Below, one piece after another: positions 44,407 through 53,056 of a DNA stretch of 64,000 nt (within the stretch, counting starts at the first letter, position 1; every line of letters starts with the position of its first letter). The position numbers and the translations under genes were made by a program. Source of the DNA: a virus; the IMG/VR virus record IMGVR_UViG_3300028029_000002, positions 1 to 64,000 of that record, one strand, 5' to 3'. The notes beneath the pieces are model-generated. The model worked only from the letters and a program-made list of their open reading frames with translations. It was not told the origin of the DNA and searched no databases.

Positions 44407-44428
44407 CCCACGCGCTGTACTTTTTTTT
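44392..44428 (+). terminator. intrinsic terminator
   Basis: GTACAGCGCG-tctaaccca-CGCGCTGTAC followed by TTTTTTTT. Confidence 0.8.
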
Positions 44429-44650
44429 ACCGGCCCTACACCTGTTTCTGGGCTTTCCAGAGACCCTCACGTCGTGCCACGATGCGGAGGTGCTTACCAC
44501 ACCTCGCGGCTACAGGGGAGTTATGCCCCCCTAATGAGGCCCGACTCGCCACCGGGTATAAACCGCGTGAGGGTTTTCGGAAAGGTTGGAAACCGGCTAG
44601 AGGGCGTTAGGCAAAACTTGGAGAATGGTTGGAACAAAAGGAGAAAAACA

Positions 44651-44959
44651 ATGGATAAAATGAAATTCAATGAGCTGCTCGACATTGCGAACGCCGAGAT
44701 CAATGACGACCATAGCTTCTACCTAATCGCCGCGTTGCGAGCGTGCAACAACGGCGATTTGCAGGAGGCGGCGAATCTCGTAGTGCTAGAAATAGCACGA
44801 GCGAGGCTGTTGAATACCCCACCGAACCGGATTGGTCATACAGAGTACATCTCTGTAGAAATCACAGGAACCATCGCTTCCTGTAAATACGGAGATAAAG
44901 ACCACACTGTAGACATCAGCGTAGACATCAGCGATGTAGCTGATTTCTACATGCCTTGA
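44651..44959 (+). CDS. hypothetical protein (102 aa; start refined)
   Basis: RBS AAGGAG-8 nt-ATG at 44651. Confidence 0.6.
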   Translation: MDKMKFNELLDIANAEINDDHSFYLIAALRACNNGDLQEAANLVVLEIARARLLNTPPNRIGHTEYISVEITGTIASCKYGDKDHTVDISVDISDVADFYMP

Positions 44960-44965
44960 TGAAAG

Positions 44966-45349
44966 ATGACTCGCAAATCCACCAGATTTGCCAACTTCGT
45001 GTTTCAGCTAGTTGCAGCGGCTGAATACACCGGGCAAATCTCTGACCTGCAAGCCACCAACTTCCTGCGCGGGCTACTGAAAGCGTGGCACGTGCAGGAT
45101 GACGAGGTGGCCGAGTTCCTGTGGCGCACCTACACCCGCTATCTCAGCAATGGATACGCGGGCGGTGCGCTAATTGACGCCGAAAGCGCACGCTGGATTG
45201 TTAACCAGCTTGTCGCCAAAGGCGTAGACGTGGATTGGGAGCGGCTGGCAGTGTCCTTGTACCTATCCCGCCGCACGTCAAAAGCCGATGGACGCGAGTC
45301 TCTAGCATCGCGTCCGCATGGGCAGTGGTGGGTTGCCGTCTGCGAATAG
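44966..45349 (+). CDS. hypothetical protein (127 aa)
   Basis: ORF directly following the previous gene; weak RBS. Confidence 0.5.
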   Translation: MTRKSTRFANFVFQLVAAAEYTGQISDLQATNFLRGLLKAWHVQDDEVAEFLWRTYTRYLSNGYAGGALIDAESARWIVNQLVAKGVDVDWERLAVSLYLSRRTSKADGRESLASRPHGQWWVAVCE

Positions 45350-45380
45350 TAGTGTATACTATCAAGTAGATAGCACGTTT

Positions 45381-45442
45381 ACACCCGAAATGCACGAATT
45401 TGCACGCTTTTGTGTGATTTTGTCGCCTTTTCGGGTGTTTTT
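45381..45442 (+). terminator. long-loop hairpin with U-tract (terminator candidate)
   Basis: ACACCCGAAA ... TTTCGGGTGT followed by TTTT, with a 38-nt loop. Confidence 0.35.
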
Positions 45443-45542
45443 ACACAGAGGATAGCGTAAGTCGACCAAGTCAACACATTCCGACCACTTTCTATCCATC
45501 GCCGAGTTACGATCCTCGGTTCGCAACTCGAATAGGAGGAGC

Positions 45543-46100
45543 ATGAAAAGCTACATTGACCGATACAGCGACGCTGTATACAATTTCAACGAGGCTTGGT
45601 TCAGATACTTCTCTGAACTAAAGAAACTCGTGGGCGAGAAAGCCCACACCCACAAAGTCTGTCCAACCTGCGGCAACAGCATCGCCCGCACGGAAAACGG
45701 ATACAAGTGCGAGTGTGGATGGACAGTAGAGTGGCGGATGGTACACCACTCAGGAGGTATAGAAGACTATTCCATGCGCGGGGAGGTAGTAGGGTCTATC
45801 TATATGGACGCCTACTCACGCAAAGAGCGGTTCGGAACTCCCCCACGAATCGTACAGACGGAGTGGGAAGACGAAGACGGAGTAACCCGCGCCGCGTATC
45901 CAGTCTTCGGACGAGGAGTAAGCTCCTCATACTACTGGATAGAGAGGGGGCACAAAGAAAACCCCTCCCTATACGAGGAATATCTGAATTTCATATTAAC
46001 GACCCGCCCGCCAGAGATCACGGGGCCGTTAACATTTGAGGAGGCGTGCGATATAGCAAGGGCGGCCTCCCCAATAAACAAAGCAAGGATTGTGCCATGA
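45543..46100 (+). CDS. zinc-ribbon protein (185 aa)
   Basis: RBS AGGAGGAG; CPTCG...CECG. Confidence 0.65.
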   Translation: MKSYIDRYSDAVYNFNEAWFRYFSELKKLVGEKAHTHKVCPTCGNSIARTENGYKCECGWTVEWRMVHHSGGIEDYSMRGEVVGSIYMDAYSRKERFGTPPRIVQTEWEDEDGVTRAAYPVFGRGVSSSYYWIERGHKENPSLYEEYLNFILTTRPPEITGPLTFEEACDIARAASPINKARIVP

Positions 46101-46447
46101 AAAACATTCTATTCAAATATGCCCAGCATCTATCCCAGCACCGAGAGAGCATACTGTACATCGACATGCTCTCTCTCCACGGAACAAGATACGAGAAGCC
46201 ATATATCACCCAAGTCCCAGCAGACGCACAATGCGTCGTGCTAGACAAGGGGACAAACGGGAAACGACCCTTGTATTATATCTGGGATAAGACATCCCAG
46301 TGGTTCGGGATCGGGACATACTTCGGACGGCAGTCTTCATTTTATGTCGTCCAACGACTCGAAAAAGTAGCAAAGCGGCTATTGCCACTATCCGTCCAAA
46401 ACCGTCTACTGGCAAGGATGGAAATTGATCCCTGGTGGCCGCAATGA
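46097..46447 (+). CDS. hypothetical protein (116 aa; start refined)
   Basis: ATGA overlap with the preceding stop. Confidence 0.55.
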   Translation: MKNILFKYAQHLSQHRESILYIDMLSLHGTRYEKPYITQVPADAQCVVLDKGTNGKRPLYYIWDKTSQWFGIGTYFGRQSSFYVVQRLEKVAKRLLPLSVQNRLLARMEIDPWWPQ

Positions 46448-46755
46448 ACGGGAGTCATATCATGACCATCCCGTCCGACGTATATGAGCACTGGATACAC
46501 CAGAAAGTGCTGAGTGACCCAGAGCCAACATCCAGGTGGTTTACTTGGCGAGAAGCAGAGGCCGCTGTTCAGTGGGAAGCTCTCTACGCCTTGCGAAGCG
46601 TGGAAGAGGGAAACGACGACGACTGGGACACTATCAACGAAGATGGTATCATCACCAGACATATAGCAGAAAAGGCTCTGGTAGAAGCCACCACGCTATA
46701 TAAGTCAGGCGAAACAGTATACCGTCTGACACTACAACTAGGAATAAGAAGATAA
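46444..46755 (+). CDS. hypothetical protein (103 aa; start refined)
   Basis: ATGA overlap with the preceding stop. Confidence 0.55.
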   Translation: MNGSHIMTIPSDVYEHWIHQKVLSDPEPTSRWFTWREAEAAVQWEALYALRSVEEGNDDDWDTINEDGIITRHIAEKALVEATTLYKSGETVYRLTLQLGIRR

Positions 46756-46757
46756 CA

Positions 46758-47123
46758 ATGACAATTAAGAAATTTGAAGACTGGGATTTCACGCTGGCTG
46801 TACCGAGCAATTATGCGACCATATATGCCGCTGAACGCGATAATCGCACCGCTCCATCACCGGAATACGAGAGTAAGATATTCCGAGAAGATGAAGTGGA
46901 CGACATTATCAGAACCGCTATCCAAGCGGCACTGAAAAATGTCAAACGAAACAAAAGAGGGAACCCTTCGTTCCCAAAAGAGGCCACATACGGCGGGATC
47001 ACCGTAGAGTGGAAAAAGAAACACTGGCAGTTAAGAGCATCGGCTTTATACAACTCCCACAGAGGAGTGATGAAAGCCACTCTAACAGTGTTCGTGCCAG
47101 GCGTAACAAACTTGCGACGATAA
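46758..47123 (+). CDS. paralog family A member 1 (121 aa)
   Basis: Shares the P.PEY....I...E.D.I...A and LRASALY blocks with 47135..47686. Confidence 0.6.
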   Translation: MTIKKFEDWDFTLAVPSNYATIYAAERDNRTAPSPEYESKIFREDEVDDIIRTAIQAALKNVKRNKRGNPSFPKEATYGGITVEWKKKHWQLRASALYNSHRGVMKATLTVFVPGVTNLRR

Positions 47124-47134
47124 AGGAACTACTC

Positions 47135-47686
47135 ATGACGCTAAAACAAATCAGCTTGAAAAATTTATCTCTATATTTCATTCCCATCATGCCAAGTGAA
47201 ATATGGACAGTCGAAATTGCACGCGCTATCAACCAGAACGAGGTCAATGCGACCACACACGCCGTTAACCTAGGCGTACATGTTACAATCCCGATGCCGG
47301 AATACGACCAGCCAATTCTGGATCGTGACAAAGTGGACGCCATCGTCACAACTGCGGCCTACGACGCATTAGATAACGTAGAGATTAACGAACGCCATCA
47401 ACCCGTCGTAAAAGAGGGATGGTATGGCGATGTGTACATCGAGAAACATCGGCACTATCTACGTGCATCCGCGCTATACGAAACGCATGAAAGCATTAGG
47501 AAAGTAACGCTCTCTCTCAACATAGCAGTACAAAGCCGCCCGCTCCGAGAATCCGACGTATCGCCCGAAGAATGGGAACAAGTACAGAAAGCTCGCGCAA
47601 AATACCGCGAAGAGCAAGAGAGGATAAACACTCGCTTTCAACAACGCGAGCGCGAAAGACTCTTAGAAAAATTCGGAGGAAATTAA
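47135..47686 (+). CDS. paralog family A member 2 (183 aa; start refined)
   Basis: IPMPEYDQPILDRDKVDAIV and HYLRASALYETH. The C-terminal tail EEWEQVQKARAKYREEQ...LLEKFG parallels member 3. Confidence 0.6.
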   Translation: MTLKQISLKNLSLYFIPIMPSEIWTVEIARAINQNEVNATTHAVNLGVHVTIPMPEYDQPILDRDKVDAIVTTAAYDALDNVEINERHQPVVKEGWYGDVYIEKHRHYLRASALYETHESIRKVTLSLNIAVQSRPLRESDVSPEEWEQVQKARAKYREEQERINTRFQQRERERLLEKFGGN

Positions 47687-47687
47687 G

Positions 47688-47918
47688 ATGAAGACAAATA
47701 CTTTCATCTGTCCCACATGCGGGAAACTGAAAAGCTCAGGCGCGTGGAATACTCCACACTGCCAATGTGGGGCGGAGATGGTCTCGCTCGGAGCGAGAGA
47801 AGAAGCGGCGGCATCCACGCAAATCAAGGGTGACGCCAAGCGGTTGAAATGGTTTCGCGCCGGGTGCAAATATCGGCGCGAGAACGGTCGTCGTAAGTGG
47901 CGACCAGTATTCAAGTAA
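47688..47918 (+). CDS. zinc-ribbon protein (76 aa)
   Basis: RBS GGAGG; CPTCG...CQCG. Confidence 0.6.
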   Translation: MKTNTFICPTCGKLKSSGAWNTPHCQCGAEMVSLGAREEAAASTQIKGDAKRLKWFRAGCKYRRENGRRKWRPVFK

Positions 47919-47934
47919 GGAGGAGGCCAACGCA

Positions 47935-48504
47935 ATGAAACCATACGTTGATCTTGAAAACGAAACCGTCTACATAGTAGACAAAAGAGCGTTCAACTAC
48001 TGCCACCGCGCTTATCCCACCAACCTCGACACCATCCGCGAAGTCAAACGCGCACGCCATTTGGGGATCAATGCAACAATTCCAGAGCCAGTCTACCACA
48101 GCCCAATCCTAGGGTCACGCGCCCAGGCAGAAAAGGCCGTGATAGACACGATGGATAAGCTGTTGGGCAAAATGGAGATCCGCTTAGATAAAGAGGACTA
48201 CCCATACATAGCCAATATTCATACGGGCGAGATCGATCAGTGCCACGTATGGCACAGCAGAGGAGATGACGAAGGAACATTCGCCGTACAAGCCGACTTC
48301 GCTGAAGACGGACGTGTGTATACACAAACATGTCGTATTGACTTAGGCATCTACGGACGGGACATCAAGGAAACTGATGTCCCACCAGAAACCTGGCAAG
48401 CAATTCAGGCGAAGCGTCAACAAGAAACCGCCGACTACGAGGAAACACGGCGGCGGATCAAGCAGGCGGAATACGAATACTTGCTAGAGAAGTATGGGAA
48501 ATAA
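47935..48504 (+). CDS. paralog family A member 3 (189 aa)
   Basis: RBS AAGGAGGAGG; IPEPVYHSPILGSRAQAEKAVI and ETWQAIQAKRQQE...LLEKYG. Confidence 0.65.
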   Translation: MKPYVDLENETVYIVDKRAFNYCHRAYPTNLDTIREVKRARHLGINATIPEPVYHSPILGSRAQAEKAVIDTMDKLLGKMEIRLDKEDYPYIANIHTGEIDQCHVWHSRGDDEGTFAVQADFAEDGRVYTQTCRIDLGIYGRDIKETDVPPETWQAIQAKRQQETADYEETRRRIKQAEYEYLLEKYGK

Positions 48505-48515
48505 GGAGAACAATA

Positions 48516-48785
48516 ATGTTGATTATCAATTACTCGAAACCCATTACGGAAAATCATGTCCATCAGATATGCAACACTCTGAACAAGGATGAAACATACC
48601 CCACGATCTTCAATGCCCCCCGTGCGGTAACAGAAAAGCCGTTGCTGTATTCGGGTGATGTGATTGTTCTACCTGAAAGTTCCATAACTGCAAAACGGAT
48701 TATGGACAACTTAACAAACGCCCTCTACGCACTTCCGCCAGTTTTCCAAATCGTGAACGGAAAGCTGACGCAACTAAACGGGTAA
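48516..48785 (+). CDS. small protein, tandem paralog B1 (89 aa)
   Basis: RBS AAGGAG; N-terminus MLIINYSKPIT. Confidence 0.65.
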   Translation: MLIINYSKPITENHVHQICNTLNKDETYPTIFNAPRAVTEKPLLYSGDVIVLPESSITAKRIMDNLTNALYALPPVFQIVNGKLTQLNG

Positions 48786-48789
48786 AACC

Positions 48790-49116
48790 ATGATCATCAT
48801 CCTCAATACGTCCCACAATCTGTCAAATTACACACTACAACAAATCAATGCCGTCCACCCCACCAATTGCCTCATCACCGAAATCATCGAACCAGTCCCG
48901 TATCAGAAGCTGATTCCTCAAGTCCGCGCCCTCGTGGACAAAGTAATCGAGGAACACGGAGTCGTAGGTTGCCCAGAGGATATTGATTGTCTGATCCTGG
49001 CGGGTATCCCGGATTTTGATGCAGTGTTAGCCCGAATGTTACCGTGGGCTAATATCCTGCGTATTCACCACGGAGCTTTGTTGGAAACAATCCATCCGCG
49101 AGAGATTAAGGAGTAA
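48790..49116 (+). CDS. small protein, tandem paralog B2 (108 aa)
   Basis: N-terminus MIIILNTSHNLS. Confidence 0.6.
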   Translation: MIIILNTSHNLSNYTLQQINAVHPTNCLITEIIEPVPYQKLIPQVRALVDKVIEEHGVVGCPEDIDCLILAGIPDFDAVLARMLPWANILRIHHGALLETIHPREIKE

Positions 49117-49117
49117 G

Positions 49118-49423
49118 ATGTCCACTCTAGTTATTAACTTTTCGAGAACGTCTTTGTCACCCTCTGCCATCAAAACCGCAGAACAGGTGATCAAAGATAA
49201 AGTTGTCGAGTTATTCGTAATCGTCCGCAATAAGACCATCAAGGAGATGGCGGACGAATTCGAGAAGAATCTTGGCAATGCGATCATCTTGCCAGAAAAC
49301 CCAGTGCTTGCCGCACTCCTGTTGGTCGAGTTAAGCATTGGACAATCTGACGCTTTCGCGCCACTACATCCGCCTGTGCTTGAGTTAGACTCACGCGGGA
49401 ACCCAGTGGGGTATTTCGAGTAA
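49118..49423 (+). CDS. small protein, tandem paralog B3 (101 aa)
   Basis: RBS AAGGAG; N-terminus MSTLVINFSRTSLS; ...IILPENPVLAALLLVEL. Confidence 0.65.
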   Translation: MSTLVINFSRTSLSPSAIKTAEQVIKDKVVELFVIVRNKTIKEMADEFEKNLGNAIILPENPVLAALLLVELSIGQSDAFAPLHPPVLELDSRGNPVGYFE

Positions 49424-49455
49424 AGTACCCACCACTCTCAACGCAAAGGAGCAAT

Positions 49456-49791
49456 ATGAAATACACCGATGTCGTAACCAACCATGCTCTTCCCACAAAC
49501 AACCTCGCCATCCACAGCACACGAAAGTCCGGGCACACGCCACCTACTCCACAATACATATCCGATGTAGCCAGTTCATACGAAGACGCAATTCGTATCC
49601 TAGACAAGTTCACATTGAATGTGCTAGACCCAACTATGCATGTCAATGGCGAACTACACATGCCAGTCGCCATCAAGCATGGCGGCGAAATCAACATCAC
49701 GGCAACTATGGGAATTACCATTCTCCAAGTTGCTTACAACGATGACGGATGGGTGCGAAGCATAGCGCGAACCATCAACACCATACCGTAA
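49456..49791 (+). CDS. hypothetical protein (111 aa)
   Basis: RBS AAGGAG. Confidence 0.65.
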   Translation: MKYTDVVTNHALPTNNLAIHSTRKSGHTPPTPQYISDVASSYEDAIRILDKFTLNVLDPTMHVNGELHMPVAIKHGGEINITATMGITILQVAYNDDGWVRSIARTINTIP

Positions 49792-49799
49792 GGAGAATA

Positions 49800-50276
49800 A
49801 TGACACTCAATATAGACGAAGAAATCAGAGCCATAGAATCAATGTTCCTCACTTCTGAACAGATAGAAGGTTACATCGATATGGCCCTTCACCCGAAAGA
49901 GGGCTGGCTTGACAACCTAGCATTCTCAAGCGCATGCATGGCATCGCAAATCAGAATGGAACGGTTCAAAAAAGGTTTTCCGTTAGAAAGCTTTGTCACT
50001 CAACGGGCCGCAACAGAGGCAGTTAAATGTCTCTATATGTCACAGCAAGACAAAGAGCGGGCACTGGCGATCATACGCGAGAGAACTATATCGCAAGCCA
50101 ATGTAGCAGTCGCGTTTGCGAGAGCAAGTTCACTCCTATCAATTCTGGACGAGATCGAAGAACTCGACCTCGACCACAACGATTACGGCGAATTGTTAAG
50201 AATCTTATATCACACTCCGCCATGCGAATACGCCGATGTATTAAAGTCCGCAAAGCGTAAATACGTACGGAATTAG
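49800..50276 (+). CDS. hypothetical protein (158 aa; start refined)
   Basis: RBS AAGGAG-5 nt-ATG. Its stop codon TAG is the first triplet of palindrome copy 5. Confidence 0.6.
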   Translation: MTLNIDEEIRAIESMFLTSEQIEGYIDMALHPKEGWLDNLAFSSACMASQIRMERFKKGFPLESFVTQRAATEAVKCLYMSQQDKERALAIIRERTISQANVAVAFARASSLLSILDEIEELDLDHNDYGELLRILYHTPPCEYADVLKSAKRKYVRN

Positions 50277-50291
50277 TTCGCATGCAAACTA
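50274..50291. repeat. palindrome copy 5 (TAGTTCGCATGCAAACTA)
   Basis: Read directly. The 5' flank CGGAAT is shared with copy 6. Confidence 0.85.
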
Positions 50292-50315
50292 TTCTAAATT
50301 GAAGGAGAACAAAAA

Positions 50316-50786
50316 ATGAACACAGAAGAAAGAATTTTCAACCGCTACTATGGCACAAACACGACAGAATATTTCCGTGATTCAAAAACGGAAGCCATCT
50401 CGAAGTGGCTAAGCGGAAAACCTACAAATGAGTTCGCAGAATTATATAGCGACTGGTGTGAACTCAACCGCGTCACGGAAACCGACGTTGAACAATGCAA
50501 CCTAGCACGATTCACGCAAGACAAAGCTGATGAATACACAAAGTTCACGCGCTACTTCCCGTTTGCCGACAACGGGGACTTATGCGACGGGGATTCGTTC
50601 ATCATAGAGTGGAATGACGATTGCGAAGACTACGGAAAAGTTTCTCGCATCGTCGGATACCGGGTTCCCCACTACGTAGGAAACCGCCCCGCCAATGTGA
50701 AAAATTGGGCCGGGTTTTCAAGTCAAGATCAAGCTTTCGCACTCGACTTGAAAACGGCACTCGAAATTCTCCGAGTGAATTCATAG
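50316..50786 (+). CDS. hypothetical protein (156 aa)
   Basis: RBS GAAGGAG. Confidence 0.65.
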   Translation: MNTEERIFNRYYGTNTTEYFRDSKTEAISKWLSGKPTNEFAELYSDWCELNRVTETDVEQCNLARFTQDKADEYTKFTRYFPFADNGDLCDGDSFIIEWNDDCEDYGKVSRIVGYRVPHYVGNRPANVKNWAGFSSQDQAFALDLKTALEILRVNS

Positions 50787-50794
50787 GAGACGTA

Positions 50795-51178
50795 ATGTAC
50801 AAAATCACCAGTGCGACCATCTCAATATATCCAACGCAAGTTAAGCAAAACAATATTTTTTCAATATTCTCTACACCCGTCACCACACTCACTAACAGCG
50901 TGAGTGCTGGGGATATTGTACACATTCGTCTTCCTCAAGGAGTATTGACTATCTTCATATATGAAATAGTCGAGGATAGTCAAGCTGTCAACCTAACCGG
51001 CCCCGTAACATGGACGGGAACGAAAGAGGAGCTGAATAATCTACCAGAGGGAGTAGATATGATCCACACACGCCCTGTACAGATCACGGAGTCGAACATC
51101 CACAGCTATATCATGATGTTAGAGTTTCGACTTCTAACCCTGGAAGTCGAGGAAAGGCAAAAACCAGATGATATATAA
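50795..51178 (+). CDS. hypothetical protein (127 aa; start refined), paralog of 51168..51440
   Basis: RBS AGGAG; MYKITSATISIY versus MIYKIANATIYL. Confidence 0.6.
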   Translation: MYKITSATISIYPTQVKQNNIFSIFSTPVTTLTNSVSAGDIVHIRLPQGVLTIFIYEIVEDSQAVNLTGPVTWTGTKEELNNLPEGVDMIHTRPVQITESNIHSYIMMLEFRLLTLEVEERQKPDDI

Positions 51179-51440
51179 AATCGCCAATGCCACCATCTAC
51201 TTATCCAACAGGAAGAAATGGCACGACGCCATTCTATTCAAGTTCCAGGAAGTAGCCAGAATAGAAGAAATCGAGCCAGGCGACGTGATCCAGGCCATCA
51301 CGCTATTCAGCCGAATCGTCATTGGCGTAAATAGCGTTGAAATCGCTGGCAGCATAGCGAAAGTAGAGGGTTCCGTGATCTGGCATGGATTGCGAAAACT
51401 TCCCGACAACATGGAGATTGAAAATGATAAAACTCTTTGA
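51168..51440 (+). CDS. hypothetical protein (90 aa)
   Basis: Overlaps the preceding gene end; N-terminal similarity to 50795..51178. Confidence 0.55.
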   Translation: MIYKIANATIYLSNRKKWHDAILFKFQEVARIEEIEPGDVIQAITLFSRIVIGVNSVEIAGSIAKVEGSVIWHGLRKLPDNMEIENDKTL

Positions 51441-51861
51441 GACCCCGCACAACGATCACCACTGCGCAGGATCGAGCGTGACCATCCGCCAAATCTCTGA
51501 CGAATTAGGCATTGTTATTGCCGGGGTAAGCTGTACCGTTTGCGGGGACGGCTCTTCCACAATCAAAATCGGCAGTACAGTACAGTTGCCGACTTGGGAA
51601 GAAATCACAGCAGAATACAAATGGTCACTCAATACCCCAGTATGGTTACACGGATACCAAGAATACCCATTCACGATCCTCGAATTAATGGATCAACACA
51701 TTGGGGCAATGGTAAATTCTTGGTCTATTCTAACTCGCGGGATGACAGCGTGGGAAGTAGCAGCCGCCCCCACCGGATACTCCCACGACTTAGATAAAGA
51801 AGCATTGGTTGGGCCAGACTGCTCTCTGGTCAAACCACAATATCTACATATTAAGGAATAG
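51424..51861 (+). CDS. hypothetical protein (145 aa; start refined)
   Basis: GGAG-7 nt-ATG at 51424. Confidence 0.55.
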   Translation: MIKLFETPHNDHHCAGSSVTIRQISDELGIVIAGVSCTVCGDGSSTIKIGSTVQLPTWEEITAEYKWSLNTPVWLHGYQEYPFTILELMDQHIGAMVNSWSILTRGMTAWEVAAAPTGYSHDLDKEALVGPDCSLVKPQYLHIKE

Positions 51862-51864
51862 CTA

Positions 51865-52530
51865 ATGTTTTATAAATTCCCCCGCACACCACATCTGAGA
51901 TGGCTAAGCAGTTCACCAATCAAGGATGATCGCCTTTTAAGCGACGCACAGAGAAAAGACATCCTCAGCAGCCCACTAATCATCGAAGAGAAAATTGACG
52001 GAGCCAATCTCGGATTCTCCCTATCCGAGGATGGGAAAATTCTAGCTCAGAAACGGGGGGCGTATATAGACTCTGTTGGACAGTTCGCGGAACTCGACAG
52101 ATGGCTGAGAACACACGAAGATCATCTATTCGATGCCATCTCAACCAATTTGATTCTGTTCGGTGAATGGTGCGCTATAAAACACAGTCTGTACTATACA
52201 AAATTGCCAGACTTGTGGATCATGTTCGACGTATACGACATCAACGAAGAAAAATTCTATAACGCCGAACGAAGAAACACCCTCGCTAGAAACGCCGGGG
52301 TGAGCACTGTTCATCGCATAGCAACAAGGCGGTTCACAGAACACGAATTATTAGATTTGCTAGGCACAGATAGTACCTACAAAAAAGGAGCTATCGAGGG
52401 TCTAGTGATACGCTCCGAGAATGAAAGGTGGCTGGAAAAACGCGCAAAATTAGTCCGACCTGAATTCACTCGAATCTCTACCCACTGGACACGAAAACGA
52501 TGGGTGAGAAATACAATACAAAGGAGGTAA
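51865..52530 (+). CDS. ATP-dependent RNA (or DNA) ligase-like nucleotidyltransferase (221 aa)
   Basis: N-terminal FPRTPHL and motif I EEKIDGANLG (KxDG), then GEWC. This matches the pattern of the small RNA_ligase family. Confidence 0.6.
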   Translation: MFYKFPRTPHLRWLSSSPIKDDRLLSDAQRKDILSSPLIIEEKIDGANLGFSLSEDGKILAQKRGAYIDSVGQFAELDRWLRTHEDHLFDAISTNLILFGEWCAIKHSLYYTKLPDLWIMFDVYDINEEKFYNAERRNTLARNAGVSTVHRIATRRFTEHELLDLLGTDSTYKKGAIEGLVIRSENERWLEKRAKLVRPEFTRISTHWTRKRWVRNTIQRR

Positions 52531-52533
52531 TTA

Positions 52534-52713
52534 ATGACATACATGAAACCCTGGGACAAGATGGACAACGACGAGAAAACTGAAATCCGCGTCATTGCCG
52601 AGAAGATGTTCTGTAGTATCGAAACTGCCCAATATATCAACGGGCTAGAAAATCGATTACATCGGATCGAGCAACGACTAAAGGAATTGTGGGATGACTA
52701 TCAACAACGATAA
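52534..52713 (+). CDS. small hypothetical protein (59 aa; below ORF-track cutoff)
   Basis: RBS AAGGAGG-7 nt-ATG; fills the gap between genes. Confidence 0.5.
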   Translation: MTYMKPWDKMDNDEKTEIRVIAEKMFCSIETAQYINGLENRLHRIEQRLKELWDDYQQR

Positions 52714-53056
52714 GATTTTACAGCTACCAGTAAATACAATCGTCTGCTTAAGCAAATCAACTCGTCCGAGCAGACGAACGCCAAAACTCGGAGATAAGGG
52801 GTATCGAATCACCCGCCACGGCATAGAAAGTGTTGTGTTCACAAACAAGGTGGCTTATATTCCAATCGATCCGCCCGCATGGATCGCGGACTTCGCAGGA
52901 TTTGAACGTCTGTACTGGTACGGCGACCGCCTAATGGTAAGTGATTACCCTCCACGCATAAATGCAAAAACATTCGACTACTACGACTTTACTAAAAGCG
53001 GAGCAACCTGCCTAGTGGCAGACAGAGATGGATTTTTATACTTAGGAGCATCATGA
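52694..53056 (+). CDS. hypothetical protein (120 aa)
   Basis: ORF in the packed array. Confidence 0.55.
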   Translation: MTINNDKILQLPVNTIVCLSKSTRPSRRTPKLGDKGYRITRHGIESVVFTNKVAYIPIDPPAWIADFAGFERLYWYGDRLMVSDYPPRINAKTFDYYDFTKSGATCLVADRDGFLYLGAS

